Below are positions 49,753 through 59,344 of a stretch of 64,000 nt of DNA, one piece after another. Origin of the DNA: Planctomycetota bacterium (GTDB lineage Bacteria; Planctomycetota; Planctomycetia; Pirellulales; Lacipirellulaceae); the NCBI GenBank assembly GCA_039190745.1, contig JBCCXZ010000013.1, forward strand, positions 8,863 through 72,862, read 5' to 3'. The notes below the pieces were generated by a model. It was not told the origin of the DNA. It saw only the letters and a program-made list of their open reading frames with translations, and did no database searches. Position 1 is the first letter of the stretch. Every line of letters begins with the position of its first letter. A program made the translations under genes and the position numbers.

Positions 49753-51216
49753 ATGTCGAACCTCCCGATCTGGTTGACCCCCATCTGGCTCTTCTCCGTC
49801 GGCGTCGCCGGCGGCCTGCTCGTGGTAGCCGCGGTGGTCGGCGTCTGCTGGCTGGTGAAACGCCCCGCCGCGGAGGCGATGATCGAGGCAACGAAAGAGG
49901 GCATCCTGCTGCCGATCACCTACGTGGCGATCGCGATGACCGTGCTCGCCGCGATCGCGGCGCCCATCATGCCGGTGGACCGGATGCTCAGCTCGGTGAA
50001 GCGGTTGGGCGCGGTCGGCACGATCGAAACAACCACCACGGTGCCCGCGGGCACGAACGACCACAAGCTCACGGTCTCGTTCCGGGCCGACGAGCTGCAG
50101 AGCTACTTCTTCAGCAGCGAGCAGGACATCGCGATCAGCACCGAGCCGGAGAAGGGCTTCATCCAGCCGCTGATCCAGACCGACGGCGGCGCCCCCTACG
50201 AGTGGTCGCCCAGCAGCGAGTTCGGCCGCGGTTTCGAGGACGAGGTCACGGTGCTCTACCTGAGCAACCAGAGCGACCTCGACTCGGAGTTTACCGCCGA
50301 GTTTGTGACCGACGTCGAGATGCCGGAGGTGCATCAGCTCTCTGCGACGGCCTTTTCGGTAATCGGTCTCTACGGCCTCTACTTTTTGCTGCGGATCGTG
50401 GCGCCGCGGGCGTCGATTGTCGCCGCGGCGACCGCCAAGGAGGCCGTCTCGCAGCCGCTGTTTATCTTGCTCACCATCGCCGGCGTCGTGGCGTTGGTCT
50501 CCTACATCTTCATCCCGTACAACACGTTCGGCGAAGACGTGAAGATGCTGAAGACCTCGGGCATGACCACCATCAAGGTGCTGGCGATCGCCGTTGCGCT
50601 GTGGACCGCCAGCGTCTCGATCGCCGACGAGATCGAGGGCCGCACGGCCCTGACGGTACTCTCTAAGCCGATCGGACGCCGCCAGTTCATCCTCGGGAAA
50701 TTCTTAGGGATCGTCTGGCCGATCGTGCTGATGTTCGTGATCCTGGGCATCGTCTTCTTGTTATCGGTCTCGTTCAAAGTGGTGTACGACGCCCGCGAGT
50801 CGTCGAAGGTCACGCCGGTTTGGCAGGACTGCTACGTTGAGGTGGTGCGCATCATCCCGGGGCTGGTGCTCGCTTTCCTTGAGTCGGTGGTCCTGGCTGC
50901 GCTCAGCGTTGCGATCTCTACCCGCTTACCGATGCTGCCGAACCTCATCATCTGCGGCTCGATCTACGTGCTCGGGCACCTGGGGCCGCTGATCGTGAAG
51001 AGCGCCGCCGGCGAAATCGTGTTCGTCCGATTTATCGGGCGATTAATCTCAGTGCTGCTGCCGGTGCTCGACCATTATGAGATCGAAGGGGCGATCGCGG
51101 GCGCTTCGACCGTGCCAATGGAGTACCTCGGCTGGGCGCTGCTGTACACCCTGCTGTACTGCGCCGTGGCGATGCTGCTGGCTCTGATCTTCTTTGAAGA
51201 CCGCGACTTGGCGTAG
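49753..51216 (+). CDS. ABC-2 type transporter permease with N-terminal extension
   Basis: ATAKEAVSQP, DEIEGRTALTVLSKPIGRRQFILGKFLG, C-terminal FEDRDLA. Confidence 0.85.
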   Translation: MSNLPIWLTPIWLFSVGVAGGLLVVAAVVGVCWLVKRPAAEAMIEATKEGILLPITYVAIAMTVLAAIAAPIMPVDRMLSSVKRLGAVGTIETTTTVPAGTNDHKLTVSFRADELQSYFFSSEQDIAISTEPEKGFIQPLIQTDGGAPYEWSPSSEFGRGFEDEVTVLYLSNQSDLDSEFTAEFVTDVEMPEVHQLSATAFSVIGLYGLYFLLRIVAPRASIVAAATAKEAVSQPLFILLTIAGVVALVSYIFIPYNTFGEDVKMLKTSGMTTIKVLAIAVALWTASVSIADEIEGRTALTVLSKPIGRRQFILGKFLGIVWPIVLMFVILGIVFLLSVSFKVVYDARESSKVTPVWQDCYVEVVRIIPGLVLAFLESVVLAALSVAISTRLPMLPNLIICGSIYVLGHLGPLIVKSAAGEIVFVRFIGRLISVLLPVLDHYEIEGAIAGASTVPMEYLGWALLYTLLYCAVAMLLALIFFEDRDLA

Positions 51217-51223
51217 AACGGCT

Positions 51224-51296
51224 GGTGCCATGCCCACGCTTGCGTGGGCATGTGGTCTGGATTCAGCATGCCCACGCGAGCCTGGGCATGGCACCC
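51224..51296. repeat. Second REP-like doublet family
   Basis: GGTGCCATGCCCACGCTTGCGTGGGCATG ... CATGCCCACGCGAGCCTGGGCATGGCACC, a nested palindrome between convergent genes. Confidence 0.8.
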
Positions 51297-51309
51297 AGAA
51301 CTAGGGGAG

Positions 51310-52425
51310 CTACCCCGCTTTGCGGCGGAGGATGACGGTGTCGACGGTCGACCAGTTTTCCGCGGCTTCGATGACCGCCGGTACGGGCGTCGCGTGCGGG
51401 CCGATCCGACCGCTGTGCGAGCCGTCCCACTGGTGCGCCTCGACGCACTCGATCACCTGCTCGGCGACGGCCACCGCGTCGCAGCCGTCGGCCCCGCTCA
51501 CGATCGGCGTCTCGTTGGTGCGGATCGCACGCAGGAAGTCTTTCTGCTCTTCCAGGATCGCGTTGGCCTCCTCGCCCGGCACCTCTTTGCGGACCAGGTA
51601 CTCCTGGAACAGCTCGTCACGGAGCCGGCCCAACGCCTGGGGAGACATGTCGCGGGCCTGCACCTCGCGGCTGAGGACCTGGTCGGTCGGCTCGACCACG
51701 GTCGACTTGCGGTTGCCGAAGTCGATCGAGGCGAACCGTGTTGGTGTGAATACCGACATCGTCCGCTTCACGGCGTAGCTGACCCGCGAGGCGGTGAGCG
51801 TGGCGATGCAGCCGGTGGCGAATTTCAGCCGCGCGTTGACGATGTCTTCCCCGCCGCCGAAGACGCTCACGCCGAGGGCTTCGACCTTCTCCACGGGGGA
51901 CTGCACGAGCGAGAGCACCGCATCGATGTCGTGGATCATCAGGTCCATCACCACGCCGACGTCGATCGACCGGCCGGTGTAGCCGCTGGCGCGTTCCGCC
52001 TCGATGTACTTCGGGTCGTGCAGCCGGCCACAGACGGCGGTGAACGCGGGGTTGAACCGCTCGACGTGCCCCACCTGCAGGACGAGTTGTTGCTTCTGGG
52101 CGAGCTGCACCAGTTCGTCTGCCTCGGCGGCGGTCGGGCAGATCGGTTTCTCCACCAGCACGTGGACGCCGGCCCGCATGAGGTCGGACGCCACGTCGCG
52201 GTGCGTGACGGTGGGTGTAGCGACGACGGCGGCGTCGATCTCGCCGATCAGCTCGCGGAAATCGGCGACGGCGCGGCAGCCGTACTCGGCGGCGACGGCT
52301 TCGCGGGCCTCGGGCGAAGCATCAGCCACGGCCACAAGCTCCGTGTCCTCGAGCGACGCCGCGAGCTTGGCGTGGATTTTCCCTAGGTGCCCGACCCCGA
52401 TAACCGCCAGACGCATTCGACTCAT
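51310..52425 (-). CDS. Gfo/Idh/MocA oxidoreductase, GnnA-like
   Basis: AVIGVGHLG, HVLVEKP, QVGHVERFNP, DLMIHDID; overlaps the lpxA stop. Confidence 0.85.
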   Translation of the reverse strand: MSRMRLAVIGVGHLGKIHAKLAASLEDTELVAVADASPEAREAVAAEYGCRAVADFRELIGEIDAAVVATPTVTHRDVASDLMRAGVHVLVEKPICPTAAEADELVQLAQKQQLVLQVGHVERFNPAFTAVCGRLHDPKYIEAERASGYTGRSIDVGVVMDLMIHDIDAVLSLVQSPVEKVEALGVSVFGGGEDIVNARLKFATGCIATLTASRVSYAVKRTMSVFTPTRFASIDFGNRKSTVVEPTDQVLSREVQARDMSPQALGRLRDELFQEYLVRKEVPGEEANAILEEQKDFLRAIRTNETPIVSGADGCDAVAVAEQVIECVEAHQWDGSHSGRIGPHATPVPAVIEAAENWSTVDTVILRRKAG

Positions 52426-53231
52426 GCCGCTCTCCTTATGCTCTCTCGTCCCCGGCCGTGCCGACCTTCCTGCTGGTGTTCGATGAACCCGAGCAGGCGG
52501 CCGACCTCGTCGGTGAGTTGACCTTGTGCTTTCAGCAACTCCGTCGCGTGCGTGAGCCCCACCTTCGAGCGGTAGAGCAGCCGGTGCGCGGCGGCCAAAG
52601 AGTCGATTGACGCAGGAGAAAAGTGGTTTCGTTTGAGGGCCACGATGTTGATGCACCGCGGCCTGGCCGGCAGGCCCTCGACCAGCATGTAGGGGGGCAC
52701 GTCGTGCAGTGCGCGGCTGAGCCCGCCCAGGAAGCTGTAGCTGCCGATCGAGACGAAGTGGTGCACCGCGCAGCCGCCCGAGAGCGACGCGTGGTCGGCC
52801 ACGTGCACGTGCCCGGCCAGCAGGGTGCCGTTGGCGATGATGATGTGGCTGCCGAGTTTGCAGTCGTGCGCCACGTGGCAGTTGGCCATCAAGAGGTTGT
52901 CGTCGCCCAGGCGGGTGACGCCGTCTTCTTTTTCACTGCCGCGGTTGATGGTGACGCCTTCGCGGAGGGTGTTGCGGTCGCCGATGTCGACCCGGGTGTC
53001 GCCGCCTTGGTAGCTGATGTCCTGCGGCTCGGCCCCGACCACGACATTGGGGTACAGGACGTTGTCGGCTCCTAGCGCGACGCGCCCCATCAGATTGACG
53101 TTGCTGATGAGCCGGGTGCCTCGACCGATGCGCACCTCCGGGCCGACCACGCAGAACGGGCCGATCTGCACGTCTTCTTCGATGACGGCTCTCGGGTCGA
53201 CCCAGGCGGTGTTGGCTATGCTCGCGGTCAT
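52422..53231 (-). CDS. lpxA: Acyl-ACP--UDP-N-acetylglucosamine O-acyltransferase
   Basis: Hexapeptide repeats, PQDISY, REGVTINRG, CHVAHDC, LAGHV, HDVPPY. Confidence 0.93.
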   Translation of the reverse strand: MTASIANTAWVDPRAVIEEDVQIGPFCVVGPEVRIGRGTRLISNVNLMGRVALGADNVLYPNVVVGAEPQDISYQGGDTRVDIGDRNTLREGVTINRGSEKEDGVTRLGDDNLLMANCHVAHDCKLGSHIIIANGTLLAGHVHVADHASLSGGCAVHHFVSIGSYSFLGGLSRALHDVPPYMLVEGLPARPRCINIVALKRNHFSPASIDSLAAAHRLLYRSKVGLTHATELLKAQGQLTDEVGRLLGFIEHQQEGRHGRGRESIRRAA

Positions 53232-53286
53232 CGCGGCGGGCTCAAGCGTTTCTAGGGGGGGTGGGTTTCGTGTGGTCGGCTGGCCG

Positions 53287-54159
53287 CTAGGCCGCTCGGG
53301 TGTTGATCTCTTGTTGCGCAGCGGACCGTAGTTTGGCAGCGAGCTCGGCGTTGAGCTTGTGCCCGCTGCGGCTGGCGATCACCCGCGCACGCAGGTCGAG
53401 CCCGGCCAGCGCCAGGTCGCCCACCACGTCGAGCGTCTTGTGCCGGGCGCACTCGTTGTCGAACCGCAGCGTGTTGCCGATCAGGCCGGAGTCTCCGAAC
53501 ACCAGCAGGTCGGTCGGTTTGACGTGCGTGCCCAGCCCCTGATCGATAAGCGTCTGGGCGGCGGACTTCAGCAGGAATGTTCGGGCTGTCGAGATCTCCT
53601 TGCGGAAAACGCTCGGCGTGATCTCGGCAGAGTACGACTGCTTGGGCACGCCCGACCCGCGGGGGTACTCCAGGCGGAACTCGGCGGAGAAGCCGCCGGA
53701 TTCGTGCGGCCGGGCCTCGACCCAGGCGTCGCCGCTCTCGACGCGGAACGTCTCACGGACCTCGTAGAGACGCGTCGCGGCGTCTTGTTCGACGACGCCG
53801 ACCGCGTCGATGGCGTCGACGAACACCGAGGCCGAGCCGTCCATCCCCGGCGCTTCGGGCCGATTCATCCAGATCTCGCAGTTATCGATCCCTAGCCCGT
53901 AGGCGGCGGCCAAGAGGTGCTCGACCATTTGCACCTGAACACCCCCGGTTTCGAGGTTGGTGCGTCTGGGCACGTCCACTCGGTGAGCAGCGTCGGCGGG
54001 CACTCGTGCCCCGGGCCCCAGGTCGTCGCGGACAAAGACGATACCCGCCCCGGGCTGGGCCGGGCGGAACCGGACCGTTACCCGTTGGCCAGACCAGTAG
54101 CCGTGGCCGTCCACCGCCACCTCGCCGCCGAGTGTACGCTGCTTGCGTGACTGGACCAT
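53287..54159 (-). CDS. lpxC: UDP-3-O-acyl-N-acetylglucosamine deacetylase
   Basis: KQRTL, VEHLLAA, MDGSA, ARTF, RHKTLDVVGDL, SGHKLN. Confidence 0.93.
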   Translation of the reverse strand: MVQSRKQRTLGGEVAVDGHGYWSGQRVTVRFRPAQPGAGIVFVRDDLGPGARVPADAAHRVDVPRRTNLETGGVQVQMVEHLLAAAYGLGIDNCEIWMNRPEAPGMDGSASVFVDAIDAVGVVEQDAATRLYEVRETFRVESGDAWVEARPHESGGFSAEFRLEYPRGSGVPKQSYSAEITPSVFRKEISTARTFLLKSAAQTLIDQGLGTHVKPTDLLVFGDSGLIGNTLRFDNECARHKTLDVVGDLALAGLDLRARVIASRSGHKLNAELAAKLRSAAQQEINTRAA

Positions 54160-54272
54160 CTACCAACCATCCCTGCGGCCGCCGCGCGAAGAAGCGGGCG
54201 GGGCCGCGGAAGCATCCGGGCAACACCGGCCCGGCCTATCTCGACCGGGCCCCAATAGGGCAGAGCGACCGT

Positions 54273-54911
54273 CTAGCGGGTCTGTCCGCTCCCGGGCTGG
54301 TTGGCAACGCGACGGTTCAGCAGCGCCAGGATGTCCGGAGTGATGTCCACGTTGTTCTGGAAAACCACCGGCTTGTTGATCCCGCGTAGCACGTCCTCGC
54401 GGCGGTTCGGGTCGACCTGCTCGCCGTTGAAGCGGAAGACCAGCCCGATGTTGTTCTGCTGCGCGAAGTAGCTCACCGCGTTGTTCACTTCGAGGTAGGT
54501 TTGGTAGTAGACCTTGGCCTCTTTCTCGATGATGTCCTTCTGAGCACGCTGCAGCTTGAGGGTGAACTCAGCCTTCATGCGGGCGATGTCTTCGTCCGCC
54601 TGGCGGAACTCGGGCGTCCCGGCGTTGAACTGCCCCTTCTCGGCCTCCTTGGCCTGGATCGCGTCGCGCTCGCCCTTGAGGCTCGTGTCGGCGGTCTCCT
54701 TCTCGGTCTTGAGGGCCTTCATCTTCGCGTCGAACGCCTGATAGTTCTTGAAGATGTACGGCACGTCGACCACGGCGATGCCGAAGCGGTTGGCGTTGGC
54801 GCCAGCGGAGTTCTGCTGTGCCTGGGCCGGGAGGGAGGTGAAAAGCCCGAGAGCGAAAAGCCCGAGGGTATAAGGTCCGAGGACCTTGGCGGGGACCATC
54901 AGAGTCTTCAC
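54273..54911 (-). CDS. skp: OmpH/Skp family periplasmic chaperone
   Basis: Signal peptide, IAVVDV..IF, coiled coil, DITPDIL; lies upstream of lpxC. Confidence 0.82.
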   Translation of the reverse strand: MKTLMVPAKVLGPYTLGLFALGLFTSLPAQAQQNSAGANANRFGIAVVDVPYIFKNYQAFDAKMKALKTEKETADTSLKGERDAIQAKEAEKGQFNAGTPEFRQADEDIARMKAEFTLKLQRAQKDIIEKEAKVYYQTYLEVNNAVSYFAQQNNIGLVFRFNGEQVDPNRREDVLRGINKPVVFQNNVDITPDILALLNRRVANQPGSGQTR

Positions 54912-55431
54912 GTCAGCACTCCTTGCTGAAATCGGTCGTCCTGACCGGCGTCATGGGACCCGCTCGCCACGGCGTGGCGCCGCTGTTTCGGGCGGCGGGA
55001 AAAATTGCGGCGAGTATTCTGCCGACGGGCCCTCTCCCCGTAAAGGGCACTTCCGCCCTGGGGAGAAACGCACTTCGTTTCCGCGCCATGAGGTGGGAAG
55101 CCGCCACCGCGTCGCGCCAACCTGCACGCACTACGCAACCGTTGCGTCCGGAACCTAAACCCTGTCAATGTAACGATTTCCGCATCCTAACTAGCTGAAA
55201 AAGCACTACCAAGATTTGCCTGCTGAGCATAGAATCGGGATGCGTTAAGAGGGCAGCAATCTGATCAGTTTCTGATCGCAACCGTCTACCGGTTTGTGGC
55301 AACACGGGCCCAGGCGCGTTGTCTGTACGGTTGTGTGCCCGCTTCGCCACCGCACAGTGAGCCGCCCGGCGGGAGCGACTCATCGACCGCGTATATCGAC
55401 AGACCAACGACTCCAGAAACGGTCCGGCATC

Positions 55432-57231
55432 GTGGCTTCCCTGTTCGTCATCCAAGGGCGAGACCAAGGCACGCGCTTCCAACTCGGCGGCGAAGTGCAC
55501 ACTATCGGTCGCACCCCCGCCAACTCCGTGCGGCTACACGACACCGAGGTCTCGCGCGAGCACGCCGAGCTCGTCCGCAAGGGCGACATCTACGTCCTCA
55601 AAGACCTGCACAGCTCCAATGGCAGCTTCATCAACGGGCAGCAGGTCACCGAGCAGGAGCTGGTGAGCGGCGACCAGGTACAGCTCGGGCGCTCTCGACT
55701 CCTGTTTACCGGGTTCACCGAGGAGAACGTCGACGACGTTGCTTCGCAGGTCGACATTGTGGCCCGCGTGAACCAGGACGACGGGTCGCGGATCGTCTCC
55801 TCGCTCAGCCAGAGCGGCAACAGCGAGTGGATGCTCGCCGACGCCGGCGAGAGCTCCAGCCCCTGGCTCGCCCGGGCGCGGAGCAACCTGCAGATTATGT
55901 ACCGCACGGCGCTCGCCGTGAGCCACACGATGGACATCGATCAGCTGCTGGCGCGGATCATGGAGATGATCTTCGACTGGGTCGACGCCGACCGCGGCTG
56001 CATCATGCTTAAGGACGAAACGGGCAAGCTGCTGCCGAAGGTCCGCCGCCACCGCCGCGGTGTGAGCGCCGACGAGAAGATCACGATCAGCAAGACGATC
56101 CTCGATTATGTTGTCGACAAGAACGAGGGCGTCCTGACCAGCAACGCCCGCGACGACAAACGATGGGACCCGGCCCAGAGCATCGTCAAGCTCGGCGTCC
56201 GCGAGGCGATCTGCGTCCCCATGCAGGGCCGCTACGACGTGGTGGGCGTGATTTACATCGACACCTCGGTCACGCCGCAACGCCTGCTCAGCGGCAACGG
56301 CGGGCCCAATCAGTTCAGCGAGGAGCACCTGCGGTTGATGATCGCGATGGCCCACCAGGCCGCGCTCGCCGTGGAAGACACCTCCTACTACAAGGCCCTG
56401 GTGCAGGCGGAACGGCTCGCGGCAATCGGCCAGACGATCGCCTCGCTCTCGCACCACATCAAGAACATCCTGCAGGGCGTGCAGGGCGGCAGTTACCTCA
56501 TTGAGCTCGGCCTCGGGGAGCACGACAAGGCCCGATTTACCGAAGACGGCCCCGACGCCGCCGCGTCTGAGAAGGCCGTCGCCTCGATCCGCAAGGGCTG
56601 GGGGATCGTGGAACGCAATCAGGAGCGGATCTCCAACCTCGTGCTGGACATGCTCACCTTCAGCAAGGAGCGGGTCCCGGAGCCGACCCCGACCGACCTG
56701 AACCAGGTCCTCCGCGAGGTGCACGAGCTGATGCAGATCCGCGCCTCCGACAGCGGTTCGGAGTTGCTCACCGACCTCGACGAAGACCTGCCCGAATTGA
56801 TGGTCGACCCCGAGGCGATCCACCGGGCGGTGCTGAACCTGGTCTCGAACGCGATCGACGCCTGCGACGGCATCGACGGGGCGCGTGTGACTATCCGCTC
56901 GCGATTCAACGGCTCCGAGAGCCGGGTGCTCATTGAGGTCGAGGACAACGGTGCCGGCATCGCGCCCGAGGACGTCGAGAGCATTTTCAACGTCTTTGTT
57001 TCCGGGAAAGGCAGCCGGGGCACGGGCCTCGGCCTCTCGGTAACTCAGAAGATTGTCGAGGAACACGGCGGCCGCATCAGCGTCGAGAGCGAGCCCGGCT
57101 CGGGCAGCCGTTTCCAGATCGATTTGCCGGCGGCCGTGGTGCAACAGAAGTCGGCCCACGATGCGCAGCGTGCGACGCAGTCGATCCCGGCCCCCGACCT
57201 CTCGCCGCAGCCGCCGTCTCAACCGGCTTAG
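55432..57231 (+). CDS. Cytoplasmic FHA-GAF-histidine kinase
   Basis: IGR..SREHA..SSNGS (FHA), ICVPM..GVIYID (GAF), LSHHIKN (H-box), NLVSNAIDA, DNGAGI, GTGLGL. Confidence 0.9.
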   Translation: MASLFVIQGRDQGTRFQLGGEVHTIGRTPANSVRLHDTEVSREHAELVRKGDIYVLKDLHSSNGSFINGQQVTEQELVSGDQVQLGRSRLLFTGFTEENVDDVASQVDIVARVNQDDGSRIVSSLSQSGNSEWMLADAGESSSPWLARARSNLQIMYRTALAVSHTMDIDQLLARIMEMIFDWVDADRGCIMLKDETGKLLPKVRRHRRGVSADEKITISKTILDYVVDKNEGVLTSNARDDKRWDPAQSIVKLGVREAICVPMQGRYDVVGVIYIDTSVTPQRLLSGNGGPNQFSEEHLRLMIAMAHQAALAVEDTSYYKALVQAERLAAIGQTIASLSHHIKNILQGVQGGSYLIELGLGEHDKARFTEDGPDAAASEKAVASIRKGWGIVERNQERISNLVLDMLTFSKERVPEPTPTDLNQVLREVHELMQIRASDSGSELLTDLDEDLPELMVDPEAIHRAVLNLVSNAIDACDGIDGARVTIRSRFNGSESRVLIEVEDNGAGIAPEDVESIFNVFVSGKGSRGTGLGLSVTQKIVEEHGGRISVESEPGSGSRFQIDLPAAVVQQKSAHDAQRATQSIPAPDLSPQPPSQPA

Positions 57232-57282
57232 CGGCTCAAACGGCTTAGCGGCAGCCGGACTCACGGCGGCTTCCGCCGCGGG

Positions 57283-57939
57283 CTACCGCTCCGGCACGAA
57301 CGGGTTCGACCGTTTCTCTCGCCCCACCGTGGTCGCGGGGCCGTGGCCTGGGAGCACCACCGTGTCGTCAGGGAGTGGGTAGAGCCGCTCGCGGATCGAG
57401 GCTTCGAGCTCGCCGAAGTCGCTGTCGGGGAAGTCGGTGCGGCCGACGCTGCCCGCGAACAGCAGATCGCCGCCGAACACCTGGGTGGGAGTGACTCCGC
57501 CCGCCACGAAGACCACGTGGCCTTTGCAATGGCCGGGCGTCAGTCGGACGTCCAGCGGGATGCCCGCGGGCTCGATCTGCTCTCCGTCTCGCAGCAGCCG
57601 GTCGGCCTCGGGGCTGATGAGGTCGACGCCGAACCCCGAGGAGAGGTTGGCGACGGGGTCGGTCAGCTTCGGAGCGTCGATCTCGCCGATCCACAGCGGG
57701 CAGTCGGGCCAGCGGTCTTTCATGGGACCGTTCCCTGCGATATGGTCGGCGTGGCCGTGGGTGCAGAGCACCGCGGCGGGCGTGAGCTTCTGCTCTTCGA
57801 TCACCGCGAAGATCTTTTGCGGCTCCATTCCGGGGTCGATCACGATGCAATCGTCCCTGCCGGCCAGGGCGGCGACGTAGCTGTTCTGGCCGAACATCTG
57901 GGAAACGACCCTGAATAGCCGTAGCGTGTCTGACTGCAT
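57283..57939 (-). CDS. MBL-fold metallo-hydrolase (glyoxalase II-like)
   Basis: THGHADHI, TPGH, GDLLF..SVGRTD, PGHG. Confidence 0.9.
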   Translation of the reverse strand: MQSDTLRLFRVVSQMFGQNSYVAALAGRDDCIVIDPGMEPQKIFAVIEEQKLTPAAVLCTHGHADHIAGNGPMKDRWPDCPLWIGEIDAPKLTDPVANLSSGFGVDLISPEADRLLRDGEQIEPAGIPLDVRLTPGHCKGHVVFVAGGVTPTQVFGGDLLFAGSVGRTDFPDSDFGELEASIRERLYPLPDDTVVLPGHGPATTVGREKRSNPFVPER

Positions 57940-58311
57940 CGATCCCTCCGGGTGATAGCACCGCGGCCGACCGGCCTTCCACGGCGGGGCCTGCTCCGCT
58001 ACGATCCGCCGCGCAGAGCGGCTCCGGTTGGGCGGCGCGCCTTGCCAAGGCCGATTCTGCGGGTGATTCTAAATGTTTGAGCACCCCGAGGCGATACTTA
58101 GGTAAGGCGCTCCTGGCGGCCGCCCCACGGCCGTGCCGCGTTTCCCTGGCGAACAAAGGCCGGGCCGGCGGCGTTCCTGCCAAAGCGAGCTTACCGACGC
58201 GAGCCGGGATGGACCCCGCGCCCGCGGACGGGACCCCAAGGGGCCCGCCTACCTGCCGATTCCTTACCTAGCAGTCCCGCGGCGTCAGGTCGCACGGAGG
58301 AGATTCGAATC

Positions 58312-59220
58312 ATGCGGATCCGCACAGCCGCCCCCGCGATCACGCTGGCCCTGCTCGCGATTGCCTCGCCAGCCCGCGCCGGCGAAGAGGCCCCCCGCTT
58401 CGAGCCCGTCTACCGGGTGAACCACGAGGAGCAGGTCAATGGCTCCGCGGCGGGGCAGCAGCCAGAGATGGTGGCCGCCCGCGTGAACCCCAACCCCGAA
58501 GGGTTCAACTTCGCGCAGCGTCCGGGCGAACACCCGCTGATGCCGGCCCTCCGCTTCGCGAAGCTCGGCCTGCAGAACATCGACGCGAACATCCAGGACT
58601 ACAGCGCCCTGCTCTACAAGCAGGAGCGGGTCAACGACGTGCTGAATGAAGAAGAGGTGGCCTTCGTGAAGGTCCGCCACCAGCCGTTCAGCGTCTACAT
58701 GTACTTCCTGAAGCCGCACAAGGGGCGGGAGTGCCTGTACGTCGACCCGCAGAACGGCGAAAAGGGCAAGCTGTACGCGATGGACTGCGGCTGGCGCCGC
58801 CGGTTGGGCGTGTTCCCGCTCGACCCCGACGGGGCGCTCGCCATGAAGGGCCAGAAGTACCCGATCACCAAGATCGGCATCCGCAACCTGACGACCGAGC
58901 TGATCGACGTCGCCACGAACGACACGAAGTTCGCCGAGTGCGAAGTGGTCGTGGGCGACAACGTCATCATGCAGCGGCCGGTGAAGCAGATCACTGTGAC
59001 CCACCCGGTGCCCCGCCGGAACTTCCGTTTCCACAAGGCGGAGGTTTTCATCGACAAAGAAATGCAGGTTCCCATCCGCTACGCGGCTTACCTGTGGCCG
59101 AAGAACCCCGGCGAGGCGGCTCCGCTTGAGGAGGCGTACACCTACGTCAACATCAAGACCAACAACGGATTCACCGACGCCGACTTCGACAAGGACAACC
59201 CGAACCTGTTTAAGAAGTAG
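58312..59220 (+). CDS. Secreted DUF1571-like protein
   Basis: Signal peptide, DYSALLYKQERV, KVRHQPFSVY, YPITKIGI, EEAYTY, DFDKDNP. Confidence 0.75.
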   Translation: MRIRTAAPAITLALLAIASPARAGEEAPRFEPVYRVNHEEQVNGSAAGQQPEMVAARVNPNPEGFNFAQRPGEHPLMPALRFAKLGLQNIDANIQDYSALLYKQERVNDVLNEEEVAFVKVRHQPFSVYMYFLKPHKGRECLYVDPQNGEKGKLYAMDCGWRRRLGVFPLDPDGALAMKGQKYPITKIGIRNLTTELIDVATNDTKFAECEVVVGDNVIMQRPVKQITVTHPVPRRNFRFHKAEVFIDKEMQVPIRYAAYLWPKNPGEAAPLEEAYTYVNIKTNNGFTDADFDKDNPNLFKK

Positions 59221-59255
59221 GGTTCAGAGGTCGGAGGACAGAGGCTAGAAAATAG

Positions 59256-59287
59256 AGCCGCCGACCTATGGGTCGGCGGCTTTTTTT
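59256..59287 (+). terminator. Rho-independent terminator
   Basis: AGCCGCCGACC-TATG-GGTCGGCGGC followed by TTTTTTT. Confidence 0.88.
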
Positions 59288-59344
59288 GTGCGCTGCGTTT
59301 GCTTGTGTGCATGGCCCGGCGAGGCGTAGCTCGCCGGCTGCGAA

